From positions 45,074,001 through 45,138,000 of the forward strand of contig NC_043010.1 in the NCBI RefSeq assembly GCF_006345805.1: a stretch of 64,000 bases of DNA. The letters are read 5' to 3'. The translations under genes were made by a program, and so were the position numbers. Below, piece by piece: positions 51,290 through 63,845 of this stretch. Below the pieces are notes generated by a model. That model ran no database searches and was not told where the DNA came from. It saw only the letters and a program-made list of their open reading frames with translations. This DNA is from Octopus sinensis. Taxonomy: Eukaryota. Each line of letters starts with the position of its first letter. The first letter of the stretch is position 1.

Positions 51290-52850
51290 CCAGATTTCTT
51301 CAGACGGCTGGAGGTTTTCCTTGGGACGTCTCTCTCTTTAATGTCAGTGGATGACTGGAACACCGTCTTGGATGCACGCCTTGATAGCGTGGGGCTAGCT
51401 GATAGGAGAGGGAGGAATAAAAGCCTCACAAACCTGCTCAGTCTCTTCCATTTGGCTGACAGGTACCGACTGGATGTCCCGAATGCAAATGCACCACTGT
51501 AGACATGGGCGAACCTCATCGTGTCTAGATAGAGTATTTTGTAGGCCTGTAAATAGAAGTAGTATAAGTTGTCCATGTTTTAAAGTCATCGGCTACACGG
51601 ATCATAAACTTGTGATCTGTACGGTCGACATTGATATGAGCCATAGACAGGGCATTCAGAAAGAGGGTTAGTAAGTTAGTCCATCGAGAGTTGGTGGGCG
51701 CAATCGTCAACAGCCGTCAAAATGGGCTATTAGCGTAGAGGTGGTAGGTTTAAGTAAGAAAAGAGTCTTAGAGGAATCTAAGATAGAGGGAGACCTAGTT
51801 AGGAAGCTAGAGGTGGCGCTTAGGAAAGGCCGACGTGCTGGCGGCGAGATTGGCTCTTCAATGCCAAGCACGAAGGTTGCGTTGTCAAAGTTAGGGCGCG
51901 TGCACTGAACGGAAGGGTGGAAGAGGCGCTTCGTGGAAACAAAGCAACAATTAAGTCTTAGACAAGCTATGATAGGCACATGACAACCGCGTCCAAGCAG
52001 ATGTGTGTGGAATTTCAGCGGTACTTCGCCGAACTGTATGAGCTGCACGATGGTCCTGGGACGATGATGGATTTCACCTTCCATCTCAGTGACATGCCGC
52101 GTCTCTCAACCAGGGATGCGGAGTCATGGGAAATGCCGATAACAGCCGAAGATATACGGAATGCGATGATGGTCTGCCCTTCGAGCTTCATTGTCATATG
52201 CCAGACTTGTTGGGTGGTCTCTTGGCAGACGTCTACAACAACTGGCAGCAGAACGGGAGGATACCCAGTGCTGTGAGCCGTGAAGTGGTGGTGCTGTTGA
52301 GCAAAGACCCAAACAAGGGGAGCAAAATTGATAATTTCAGGCCTATAACTCTGCTGAATGCAGATTATAAGATTTTGGCCGAGGTTTTAGCCACGAGGTT
52401 GGCGCTTGTCGTCGATAACTTGGTTAGTAACGCGCAGACAAGCGCTATCTCATACAGAACTATCCACGACAACGTCCACCTCACGCGTTACATCATAGAG
52501 CGGGTTGGGTGGGACTCTGATCAATTTGGATCAGTCAAAAGCTTTTGGCTCGCGCGAATGGGCGTGCTCTGAATATTCGTCTGTAAGCCGGAGCACTTGA
52601 GGGGAAGAGGGGTATCTAACTGGCGTGCCTTTGGCAGTTGGAGTGACCAGGATGTGTGGGTTGCCTGGTTAATCTGGGTGAAAATCACCACTATTGAGAA
52701 ATTTTGTTGTTTCTTTTTTGTTGGTGTTGCCTGTTTTTTTAAATTTTTATTGTTTACAAGTTTTCTGTTTTAAACCCCACTTGTCCTTGGTTTGTGTTGT
52801 CTCTATATGATTCTGTGTTTGGGCGTTGTGGCCAATAAAGAAAGAATTGT
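51290..52850 (+). mobile_element. Tx1/L1-like LINE, internally deleted (APE end, RT start, 3' end)
   Basis: SCLDRVF and YTDHKLV (APE), NFRPITLLNADYKILA (RT), DQSKAF fused to LARANG..LNIRL*; ends TGGCCAATAAAGAAAG then (ATT)n. Preceded by a SINE head at 51215-51290. Confidence 0.85.
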
Positions 52851-52856
52851 TACCAA

Positions 52857-52909
<53 letters not shown>

Positions 52910-52910
<1 letters not shown>

Positions 52911-53096
52911 AAGAAAGAAAAAAAGAAGAATGCAACTGTTATCAAAACAACAATATTTTGACATGTAGTGTGTCTCCTACAGGTTCAAAATTAAACTTGT
53001 CAATCTACTTCATTTTGGTAATATTTATAGGATTAATATCACTCCTCCAGAATTTAAGAAAAAAACAAAACAAAAAAGAAAAGTGCGACTGTTGTC
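52910..53096 (+). repeat. Copy of the ~153-bp unit also present in tandem at 59900-60290
   Basis: Near-identical to 59900-60090. Confidence 0.85.
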
Positions 53097-53445
53097 GCAT
53101 AGAGCGGGTTGGGTGGATCAGTCAAAAGCTTTTGGCTCGCGCGAATGGGCGTGCTCTGAATATTCGTCTGTAAGCCGGAGCACTTGAGGGGAAGAGGGGT
53201 ATCTAACTGGCGTGCCTTTGGCAGTATAGTGACCAGGATGTGTGGGTTGCCTGGTTAATCTGGGTGAAAATCACCACTATTGAGAAATTTTGTCGTTTCT
53301 TTTTTGTTGGTGTTGCCTGTTTTTTTAAAATTTTTATTGTTTACAAGTTTTCTGTTTTAAACCCCATTTGTCCTTGGATTGTGTTGTCTCTATATGATTC
53401 TGCGTTTGGGCGTTGTGGCCAATAAAGAAAGAATTGTTACCAATA
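53097..53445 (+). mobile_element. Duplicate of the 3' end of the deleted Tx1-like copy
   Basis: Matches 52497-52860, including the deletion junction. Confidence 0.9.
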
Positions 53446-53457
53446 TTATTATTATTA

Positions 53458-53959
53458 TGTGAGAGAGCAGTTCATGCCATCAAAGTGACACTGGGGTAAA
53501 ATATACGAAGCCCAATATACCCATCATGACTACCCGTCTGATAAAGGTACACCAGGCACATGCATCACAACCATATGTGCGCGACATGGTGATCTCATAT
53601 TAAGATAAACAGCACATGACCTTGCAGGTGGGGCCCAGTTTGAATTTTCTTCAGGTTGAGTAGCCCATCCCGCTCAAACGGTCCCTGAATAAGGGTTGTT
53701 TAAGGATGTTGAAAGAACCACCCATGTTTCCAGAGGTGAACTATTCAAACCCCAAAGAATCCCTCTCAACACATGGCTATGATGCTCCCCCACTACTTCT
53801 GCTCGTGATCAGAGATGCACATATCATCAGCCACTAAGGGACATGCTCAACTGGTTAAGGTCAAACAACTGACAAGCAAATCTGTGGTATTGAGCAGAAT
53901 ATTTGCTGTAGCCCATCTTTTATACCAAGACAAAACAATGTACATGATAACACTTCCAA

Positions 53960-53960
<1 letters not shown>
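53458..53960 (-). mobile_element. ~500-bp (TAA)n-associated element
   Basis: 3' end ...GGCATGAACTGCTCTCTCAC followed by (TAA)n; (TAA)n also on the 5' side. Confidence 0.9.
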
Positions 53961-53999
<39 letters not shown>

Positions 54000-54001
<2 letters not shown>

Positions 54002-57000
54002 TATGTTTGACTTTTGCTTTATATTTGTACAAGTTGGCTCCAAGTCTCACCCAGAGACCTCAAGAGACAACAGGGTTGGAAGTTCATGTTGTTGTTATGC
54101 CTAGTGTGCCATATATTTGGGGGGTGGGGATGTTGTACTAATGAATGTCTAAAAAAAAAAGTTTTTTTTTTTTTTTTTTTTTAAACCGAAAATTATGTTT
54201 GTTTTAAACCTTGAGATTACATAGAGAGTATTTTGCGTAGGATATGAGCAGTTCCCATGAGCACTATCTTTTGAACTTCTGCCATTTTTGGGTTTCCTGG
54301 TATCTGAGTTAGGTAGCTACCAGCCCCTTTTGCTATCATTCCCAGGGCACCTATGACAACAGGTATTGTTTTAGTCTTCAGCTTCCACATTTTGCTGATT
54401 TCTATTTCAAGATCTTTATATTTGCTCAGTTTTTGGTAGGTCTTGACAGATACGTTTATATCGATTGGGACAGTCATATCAATGAGGAGGCATGTTCTTT
54501 GTTTGAAGTTTTTCAATATGATGTCTGGCCTATTTGCATCTATCTTCCTGTCAGTTTGAATGGTGAAGTTCCAGAGGAGTGAGATGTGGTCATTTTCAAG
54601 CACTGGGGGTGGTTTGTGTTCCCACCAGTTTTTTTCATGGGGCAAATCCAGGTTTTTACAGATTACCCAGTGAATATATTGTGCAGCTCTATCGTGCCTG
54701 TTGAGATACTCTGTAGGCGCTAGAAGACTGCACTTGGAGACCACATGGTCAATGGTTTCATTTTGTTGCTTGCATACACGACACGTTGGACTGCTTCTGA
54801 TCTTTAATATGTTGGCCTGGTAGTTTCTTGTTGGTAGGCATTGATCTTGAGCTGCTATGATAAACCCCTCTGTTTCAGATTTTAAGCCAGAGGCCATTAG
54901 CCATTGATGGGTCAGGGCTTTGTCGATATCTGCATTATTCGCTCTCTTTGGGTATTTGCCATAGAGAGGTTTTTCTTGCCATTTATTATTCAGAATATCT
55001 AAGGCCGCAGTTTTGGCACGGGTTTTCATGCGCCTAGCTTTTTCTGTGCTTGTTTCTTGTATATCTATCTCTAATTCCGAAATTGGTTGTATTCGGAATT
55101 CACTTAGATATTCCTTTGCCTGTTTTGTGACTGAGTATGATGCTTTCTTGTTTTCATGTTTTGAGACAAGTTTTAGCATCCAGTCCTCAGAGTTTTTCAG
55201 GTAGGTGTCTAGGCCAATTGTAGCAATCTTCATTGTTATTGCCAGTTGCAAAAGACCACGGCCTCCCTCTTTTCTTGGCAGATAGAGTCGTTCTGTATCT
55301 GCCTTAGGGTGGTGCATTCTATGCATTGTCAACAGTTTCCTTATTTTTCTGTCGAGCTGACATATTTCAGTAATTGACCAGTTAACAATATTGAAACTGT
55401 AAGTCACGACTGGTATAGCTAATGCATTGATTGCTTCGATCCTGTTTCTTGCATTCAGCTCTGTCTTGAGTATTGCTCTCACTCTTCGATAGCATTCTCT
55501 CCTGATCCTTTCCTTCATCTCTGAATGCCTTATTCCGTTCCCTTCAATTATCCCTAGGTACTTGTAGCTCTCCGCTGGGTCTAGTTCTTTTATGACATTC
55601 TGTTGGTCAAGGTTAACGTTAGATGTTTCTGTCATTTTTCCTTTGATAAAGGTAGCCTTTGCACATTTATCGAGGCCGAATTGCATTCTGATGTCGTCAC
55701 TGAATTGTTTGACTATCGCTAGTAAGCCCTTGAGTTGTTGATCATTTTTTGCAAAAAGCTTTAAATCATCCATGTAAACGAGATGATTTATATTTTTATC
55801 AAACATTTTATACCCGTACTGCGCATCATTGAGCAGCTTTGAGAGAGGTATTAAGGATAAACAAAAGAGGAGTGGTGACAGTGAGTCACCCTGGAAAATG
55901 CCACACGAAATTTTTACATCACCAGCATTTAGGGATTCACTGTCACTGTTCAGAGTTAGTGTGGTTCTCCATGATCTCATACTTACAGTCAAGAAGTTTC
56001 GCAGAGTTGGTGCTATCTTATACATTTCAAGGCATTTCCTAATCCAGCTATGTGGTAGGCTATCAAAAGCCTTTTTATAGTCTATCCAGGCTATTGATAA
56101 GTTTTTGTGTCGTTTGTGACAATCTTCTAAGATCATCTTATTGATGAGTAGTTGGTCTTTACAGCCGTAGGATCCACGTTTACATCCTTTCTGTTCATTA
56201 GGGAATATGCTGCTGTCTGTTAAAAAACTATAGGTATATTCCGTCAGGACAGATGTTAGTGTTTTGTACATAGTTGTTAAGCAGGTTATGGGTCTATAGT
56301 TTTTTGGTTCATTTGTTTCTTCACTTTTTGGAAGCAGGAATGTTAACCCATTAACTAGCCAAGGAGGCATCCTACTAGGGTGTTGCAAAACATCATTGTA
56401 CAGTTCTGTTAGCAGTTCATGGCTCTCTGGGAAGGCATTCAGCCAGAAGTTAGGAATTTTATCCTTTCCTGGAGATTTCCATTTGCTTGACCTCCTGAGA
56501 GCAGATCTTATATCTTCTACCTTGACACCCTCCCACTTTTGCTCTTCTAAGGGGTCCAGTTCTGTAGATATTCTGTCAATCCAGGGGGCCTTTTCGTTGT
56601 GTGTTTTTTCTTCTGCCCAGATTTTATTCCAAAATCTCTGCACTTCTTCTTTTGATGGTACAGACCCTGCAGTAAACGCTGTTTTTCCTATCTTCCTGTA
56701 AAAATTCTTGGTGTTATTTTTGAACATGTTGTTGTCCTTGAAAAATCTAACACGCTTTTCATACCTCGCTATGCGGGCAGCTTGGCAGATACCTTTTGTT
56801 TGATGGTTTCTATGGTGGCATCAATATCAAGTATAGTTTTCATATTGTATTTTTTCAGTAATTTTTGGGTTTTTGTAGGTTTGGTAATCTTGTGAGCCTT
56901 AAGGTTTTTCAAATATTCAATGTCAGATCTAAATATTTTAATTTGTTGTTGCAGACGCTCTTGCCAAGAAGGCTTTTTGTGGACTGTTGCCGTTTTCTAA

Positions 57001-58165
57001 TCTTTACACCACATAGGATCGTTGAGATTTTCGCGGATGCATAGTATAGGTGGTTGAGGTTTGTGATATCAACATCATTAACTGAAATTATATCCTTAAG
57101 TGCAAGTCGGATTTTACCAATTATTTTCATGTTTTGGTTAGAGTTGCGGATTTGAGGAAGTGTATCACGCTCATCCATGCTGGTTTCTTTAATTTTCAGC
57201 CATTCAATCATAATTTGATTTTTTAGCTCATGTAGTTCTGTTGGGTCAATATTTGTGTGACTTTCTTTATCTATTTGATGCTCATCTGTCTTAGTGTTTA
57301 TGATTGGTTCAGGGCGTATTTCACTTTGCCTATCACTTATACTAACTCTTTCAATCCTCTCTTCGTTTTTATCCGCCCTGGGCTGGTCTATAATCATTTC
57401 CTCTGTATTATCTTCTCTAGCTGCAGCTTCGTTCATTTTATCCGATATTGCTTGTCTAACCTGATCAATCTCTACTTCAGTCAGTAATTTCTTTTTTATA
57501 ATGTTTCTTCTAACATTGGCAAGCTTGTTACTGTCTATGTAGGGTCTTACTTCAGGGTGTTTCTGTCTCCAGTTTAAGTATGCTTGTACAGTGCTAGACT
57601 TATCTGTGGGGAAATATATGGCATGGTAGAAGGCCTCAAGAACTTCTTTATTATCTTCCCTAGACCATTTTTCCTTCTTTTTCTTTTGATTATTTGGTGA
57701 TGAGCATGGATGGCCATCTGTTGGAATATTCCGGTTGTGGGGTTCGTCCAGCTCCTGTGTGTTGGGAAGATTTGATCCAGTAACTGATTTTTCAATCAGG
57801 ATTTGGTTCAATTTTCGGGTACGTGGTCTTTTGTAATCCGCGCAATGACCAATGCGGTTTATTGTTTGATTTGTTGACCTTGAAGCATGACGAGCATCCA
57901 TTCTTATATTAGGAGATGGATCTGTCAGTTTAGGGTTCACTACATGTAAGCATTGCTCATAGCGCCGCTTCTTAAGACTAGCAGATCTATATTCGTCTGT
58001 ATTTTTTTTTGTTGATAGTTTTATCTCCGGACATTTTTTTTTTTTTTTCCTTTCCTCCTCTTCCTTTCTTCAAGGCTTACTGTGTCTGTATTAGTTCGAA
58101 ATAATGAGAATAAAATACGGAGAAGGAAACGAAAAGAAAGGGAAAAAGACGGGATCTGTCAGTTA
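54000..58165 (-). mobile_element. R4/Dong family A, full-length LINE
   Basis: 5' UTR, single long ORF with RT (VYMDD), CCHC (CRVC..H....C) and RLE (RPDIIL..LLIDMTVP), and a 3' UTR ending GTCAAACATAG followed by (AAT)n. Confidence 0.95.
54217..58034 (-). CDS. Family A RT-RLE polyprotein (1272 aa when three 1-nt A-run indels are repaired)
   Basis: ATG at 58034; +1 A (~58005), -1 A (~56975) and -1 A (~56785) join the track ORFs 56909-57940 and 54217-56727; no internal stops after repair. Confidence 0.8.
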
Positions 58166-58509
58166 TTATTGTTATTACTATCATCTTCACCACCATCACC
58201 ATCATCAGCAACATCACCATCACCATCATCATCTTCAATGACATTGTTTTATGTGTAGCCACAGCCACCATCAACACTCCATTGTGTTGGAGAATGGGTG
58301 GTTAAAGAATTCATGTTCTTTGGGTCTATAAATAGCTACGGTAGATGGTGGAGACAAAGGACGTTAATGGTCAGTAAAAGGTCAAACCTGTTTACGTTTA
58401 TTTATTTATTTATTTTTTTCCTTTCTCTTTTCTTCTTCACCACATGCATATGTATATGTATATATATGTATATTCACTCACACATATTATCTGATGTTTT
58501 CGTCGAAGA

Positions 58510-58540
<31 letters not shown>

Positions 58541-58789
58541 TCTGAGTTCAATGTTATGTATATATTTTTAAATTTCTGAATTCAGTTGTATGTATATAGT
58601 AGTAGGTGCTTAATTCCATAACTTTTTATCGTGCATTTAATTGTGTTGTTACAATAAAAGGTAATTTAAAAGGCAATTTTACACATTCTTATAGTCATGA
58701 GAGACGACTAAATGTAAATGTTCACACAGAATTGGAGATATTTATGTTTCTAATTTTTCTAATTTTTCTAATTATTATTATTATTATTA

Positions 58790-59234
58790 TTGAGTGAGAG
58801 AGCAGTTCATGCCATCAAAGTGACACTGGGGTAAAATATACGAAGCCCAATATACCCATCATGACTACCCGTCTGATAAAGGTACACCAGGCACATGCAT
58901 CACAACCATATGTGCGCGACATGGTGATCTCATATCAAGATAAACAGCACATGACCTTGCAGGTGGGGCCCAGTTAGAATTTTCTTCAGGTTGAGTAGCC
59001 CATCCCGCTCAAACGGTCCCTGAATAAGGGTTGTTTAAGGATGTTGAAAGAACCACCCATGTTTCCAGAGGTGAACTATTCAAACCCCAAAGAATCCCTC
59101 TCAACACATGGCTATGATGCTCCCCCACTACTTCTGCTCGTGATCAGAGATGCACATATCGTCAGCCACTAAGGGACATGCTCAACTGGTTATGGTCAAA
59201 CAACTGACAAGCAAATCTGTGGTATTGAGCAGAA

Positions 59235-59292
<58 letters not shown>

Positions 59293-59854
59293 ATTATTAT
59301 TATTATTGAGTGAGAGAGCAATTCATGCCATCAAAGTGACACTGGGGTAAAATATACGAAGCCCAATATACCCATCATGACTACCCGTCTGATAAAGGTA
59401 CACCAGGCACATGCATCACAACCATATGTGCGCGACATGGTGATCTCATATCAAGATAAACAGCACATGACCTTGCAGGTGGGGCCCAGTTTGAATTTTC
59501 TTCAGGTTGAGTAGCCCATCCCACTCAAACGGTCCCCGAATAAGGGTTGTTTAAGGATGTTGAAAGAACCACCCATGTTTCCAGAGGTGAACTATTCAAA
59601 CCCCAAAGCATCCCTCTCAACACATGGCTATGATGCTCCCCCACTACTTCTGCTCGTGATCAGAGATGCACATATCGTCAGCCACTAAGGGACATGCTCA
59701 ACTGGTTAAGGTCAAACAACTGACAAGCAAATCTGTGGTATTGAGCAGAATATTTGCTGTAGCCCATCTTTTATACCAAGACAAAACAATGTACATGATA
59801 ACACTTCCAATCAGTTAAGATCAGAAGCCATGAGAGCCACTGCCTGGTACTGCA

Positions 59855-59857
<3 letters not shown>
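58790..59857 (-). mobile_element. Two tandem copies of the ~500-bp element (58790-59237 5'-truncated; 59305-59857)
   Basis: Each is bounded by (TTA)n on the plus strand; high identity to 53458-53960. Confidence 0.9.
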
Positions 59858-59899
<42 letters not shown>

Positions 59900-59903
<4 letters not shown>

Positions 59904-60290
59904 AAGAAGAAAAAAAAGAAGAATGCAAGTGTTATCAAAACAACAATATTTTGACATGTAGTGTGTCTCCTACAGGTTCAAAATTAAACTTGTCAATCTA
60001 CTTCATTTTGGTAATATTTATAGGATTAATATCACTCCTCCAGAATTTAAGAAAAAAACAAAACAAAAAAGAAAAGTGCGACTGTTGTCAAATGAACAAT
60101 ATTTCGACATCTGGTGTGTCTTCTACAGGTTCAAAAATAAACTTGTCAATCTACTTCGGTTTGGTAATATTTATAGGATTAATGTTACTCCTCCAGAGTT
60201 TAAAAATAAAAGTACGACTGTTATCAAATGAACAATATTTCGACACCAATCCTATAAATATCACCAAAATTATGTAGATTGACAAGAAAT
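59900..60290 (+). repeat. ~153-bp tandem unit (2+ copies) ending in a short inverted segment
   Basis: TACAG|GTTCAAAA recurs at 59976 and 60129; 60250-60289 is the reverse complement of part of the unit. Confidence 0.8.
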
Positions 60291-60336
60291 ACCGCTAAGT
60301 ATTTCTCCCAGCGTGTTAACGTTATTATTATTATTA

Positions 60337-60800
60337 TTGAGTGAGAGAGACGTGCATGCCATCAAAGTGACACTGGGGTACAAATATACGAAGCCCAGTA
60401 TACCCATCATGACTACCCGGCTGATAAGAGTACACCAGGCACATGCATCACAACCATATGTGCGCGACATGATGATCTCATAACAAGATAAACAGCGCAT
60501 GACCTTGCGGGTGGGGCCCAGTTAGAATTTTCTTCTGGTTGGGTAACCCATCCCACTCAAAAGGTCCCTGATTAAGGGTTGTTTAAGGATGTTGAATGAA
60601 ACACCCATGTTTACAGAGGTGAATCATTCAAACCCCAAAGAATCCCTCTCAACACATGGCTATGATGCTTCCCCACTACTTCTACTCGTGATCAGAGATG
60701 CACATATCGTCAGCCACTAAGGGACATGCTCAACTGGTTACGGTCAAACAACTGACAAGCAAATATGTGGTATTAAGCAGAATATTTGCTGTAGCCCATC

Positions 60801-60803
<3 letters not shown>
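60337..60803 (-). mobile_element. ~500-bp element, more diverged 5'-truncated copy
   Basis: Homology to 53458-53920; (TTA)n flanks. Confidence 0.88.
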
Positions 60804-60868
<65 letters not shown>

Positions 60869-60869
60869 T

Positions 60870-61928
60870 CATTTTATGTTTGACTTTTGCTTTACATTTG
60901 TACAAGTTGGATCCAAATCTCACCCAGTGACCTCAAGAGACAAGTTGGAAGTTCATTTTGGTGTTATGCCTAGGGTACCATATATTTGGTTTTGTACACA
61001 GTGTTGTTCTAGAGAAGGTTTAAGAAACCATGAGAAAATTATGTTTGTTTTAAAACTTGAGATTACATAGAAAGTATTTTGCGTAGGATATGGGCTGTTC
61101 CCATGAGCACTATCTTTTGAATTTCTGCCATTTTGGGTTTCCTGATATCTGAGTTAGGTAGCAATCAGCCCCTTTTACTATCATTCCCAGGGCACCTATG
61201 ACAACAGGTATTGTTTTAGTCTTCAGGCTCCACATTTTGCTAATTTCTATTTCAAGATCTTTATACTTGTTCAGTTTTTGGTAGGTCTTGACAGATACGT
61301 TTATATCGATTGGGACAGTCATATCAATGAGGAGACGTGATTTTTGTCTGAAGTCTTTCAATATGATGTCTGGCCTATTTGCATCTATCTTTCTGTCAGT
61401 TTGAATAGTGAGGTTCCAGAGGAGTGGGATGTGATCATTTTCAAGCACTGGAGGTGGTTTGTGTTCTCACCAGTTTTTATCATGGGGCAAGTCCAGGCTT
61501 TTGCAAATTACCCAGTGAATATATTGTGCAGCTCTATCATGCCTGTTGAGATAATCTGTAGGCGCAAGAAGACTGCACTTGGAAACAACGTGATCAATGG
61601 TTTCATTTTGTTGTTGACATACACGACATGTTGGGCTACTGCCGTTCTTTAATATGTTGACCTGGTAGTTCCTTGTAGGTAGGCATTGATCTTGGGCTGC
61701 TATGATAAACCCTTCTGTTGCTGATTTTAAGCCAGGGGCCATTAGCCATTGATGGGCAAGGGCTTTGTCAACATCGGCATTATTCGCTCTTTTGGATTAT
61801 TTGCCATAGAGAGGTTTTTCTTGCCATTTATCTGTCAGAATATCTAAGGCAGCAGTTTTAGCACGGGTTTTCATGCGCTTAGCTTTTTCTTTGCTGGTTT
61901 CTCATATGTCTAATTCCGGAATTTGTTG

Positions 61929-61930
<2 letters not shown>
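60870..61930 (-). mobile_element. R4/Dong family A, 5'-truncated copy
   Basis: Track ORFs 61110-61448 and 61467-61742 match the family A C-terminus; both ends in (TAA)n. Confidence 0.9.
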
Positions 61931-61983
<53 letters not shown>

Positions 61984-61986
<3 letters not shown>

Positions 61987-62590
61987 GATTATTATTATTA
62001 TATGAAAACTAACAGCTTATTTTGCTGGATATGATGGAAAGTGTCTGCTGTCCACAGCCAGCAGACTGAGGTGATACTTGTTTACTGGGTATGCTTCAAG
62101 AACCCTGCGAAGAATTCTTGCAGTTCCAAGCAATACTGATTTTTCTAGGTGATATACCTTCACACTTGCACCGATCTTTATCAGCCATGTTGCTAGTTGA
62201 GTGCTGATGCTTCCAAGTGAACCAACTACTACTGGCATCACGTCTACCCTCTTCATTGGCACAACCTTTGTATTTCCCACTTTCAATCGTCATAGTTGTT
62301 TATTTTTCCTTCTTCATTCACATTGATCATGTTGCCACCGAGCATGCTATGTCGATTATCATACATGTTCTTTCTTTTTTATTCACCACGACAATGTCCG
62401 GTTTCCGATGTCTGCTCAGGTGATTGCGCTGGATCATTACATGCCACAGGATTTTGCAGTTCTCATTTTCGGTGACTCCTTCTGGGGTTTGCGCATACTA
62501 CGCCATTGCTCTTTGTAGGCTGTGATTTCCACAGAGCTACCAATAGCTCATTCTTTCCACATTGTCATGGCGTCTTTTGTATTTGCGTTT
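61984..62590 (-). mobile_element. R4/Dong family C, 3' fragment (duplicate of 47950-48540)
   Basis: Same junction (TTA)n-CCATGA-(TTA)4-TATGAAAAC; ~62140-62590 essentially identical to ~48090-48540. Confidence 0.9.
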
Positions 62591-62893
62591 GAAAGAATGA
62601 ACTGTTCATTCTTTCCTCCAAGCTTAACTTTACTTCTCTTAGCATAGCACCCCACTCTCACTATCGTACAAGGGCAGGGCACCACTCTATCACATCTCTC
62701 TGTACTAGATCTAACCCATGCAGTTTTATTTGTTTATTAGCATCATTATCTCCATATCTGCTCGCCTGGATTCCTCTTTTAGCCACTCATTACCCCACGG
62801 ACTTAACCTCGGTAAATATTTCGGAGTTTAATTTCAAAATCATTTGAGCGTTACTAGATGTTTTCTAAACTGAGCATGTCTGGGTCTCGTCTG

Positions 62894-62894
<1 letters not shown>

Positions 62895-62931
<37 letters not shown>

Positions 62932-62943
62932 AAACACACACAA

Positions 62944-62984
<41 letters not shown>

Positions 62985-63025
62985 CACAAACACACACAAA
63001 CACACACAAACACACACACACAAAC

Positions 63026-63080
<55 letters not shown>

Positions 63081-63087
63081 CACAAAC

Positions 63088-63121
<34 letters not shown>

Positions 63122-63123
63122 CA

Positions 63124-63183
<60 letters not shown>
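62895..63183. repeat. Long (CA)n tract with periodic AA interruptions
   Basis: Seen directly in the sequence. Confidence 0.95.
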
Positions 63184-63184
<1 letters not shown>

Positions 63185-63744
63185 AATATACTAGGAAATA
63201 ATAAGCTAGGGATTATAGTAGTAATAGTGAAATTATAATAGTGAACAAGAATTACCCAGAATGATTAACAAGTGGTCTTTGTGAAACCGTCGAGTCGTCG
63301 GCGACTAAACTGGAAACCCCACTAAACTTGTTTGTTGAGGAGGGTGGATTTTTGACACCCTGCAGGATTAAAAACAAAACCCAGCAAAGGAACTTAAAAG
63401 AGTCAATGGCCATTCCGAAAACGGGTACACAGAACTCGTGAGCCTTGGTTGACAGTCTGTCTAGGAGAAGGAACACTCTGATTTAAGAGGAGGGGGTGAT
63501 ACTTAGGGGAAAGGTTTATCGATGGGGAAACCAAGGACTAAGGGTGAAAGATGGTAGTGTCGAGCAATGGAGAGAAAACCATAGTGAACTGACAAAATAG
63601 AAAATTAGGAAATTGAAAAATGAAGAAAGAAAAATATGGAAAAGGTATGAACAATGAGGAGGTCTTTGGAAATCTTCTATTGAGAAACGCCAGAAAGTTG
63701 TTGTTTTTTTTTTATTTCCAAAGTTCAAAGGTTTATAAAGTTTA

Positions 63745-63745
63745 A

Positions 63746-63781
<36 letters not shown>

Positions 63782-63782
63782 C

Positions 63783-63844
<62 letters not shown>

Positions 63845-63845
63845 C
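63745..63845. repeat. (AAAG)n followed by (AGAT)n
   Basis: Seen directly in the sequence. Confidence 0.95.

Noticed and set aside
59560-59857. Short matches of the 500-bp element to U1 (GTAGTGGGGGA, TGATCACGA) and U2 (TGCAGTACC) snRNA
   Set aside because: Only 9-11 nt each and not collinear enough to support snRNA origin.
63250-63520. Resemblance to an RTE LINE 5' UTR (CTAGGAGAAGGAACACTCTGA), possibly with an HDV-like ribozyme
   Set aside because: No adjoining ORF, and I could not establish the nested double-pseudoknot by eye.
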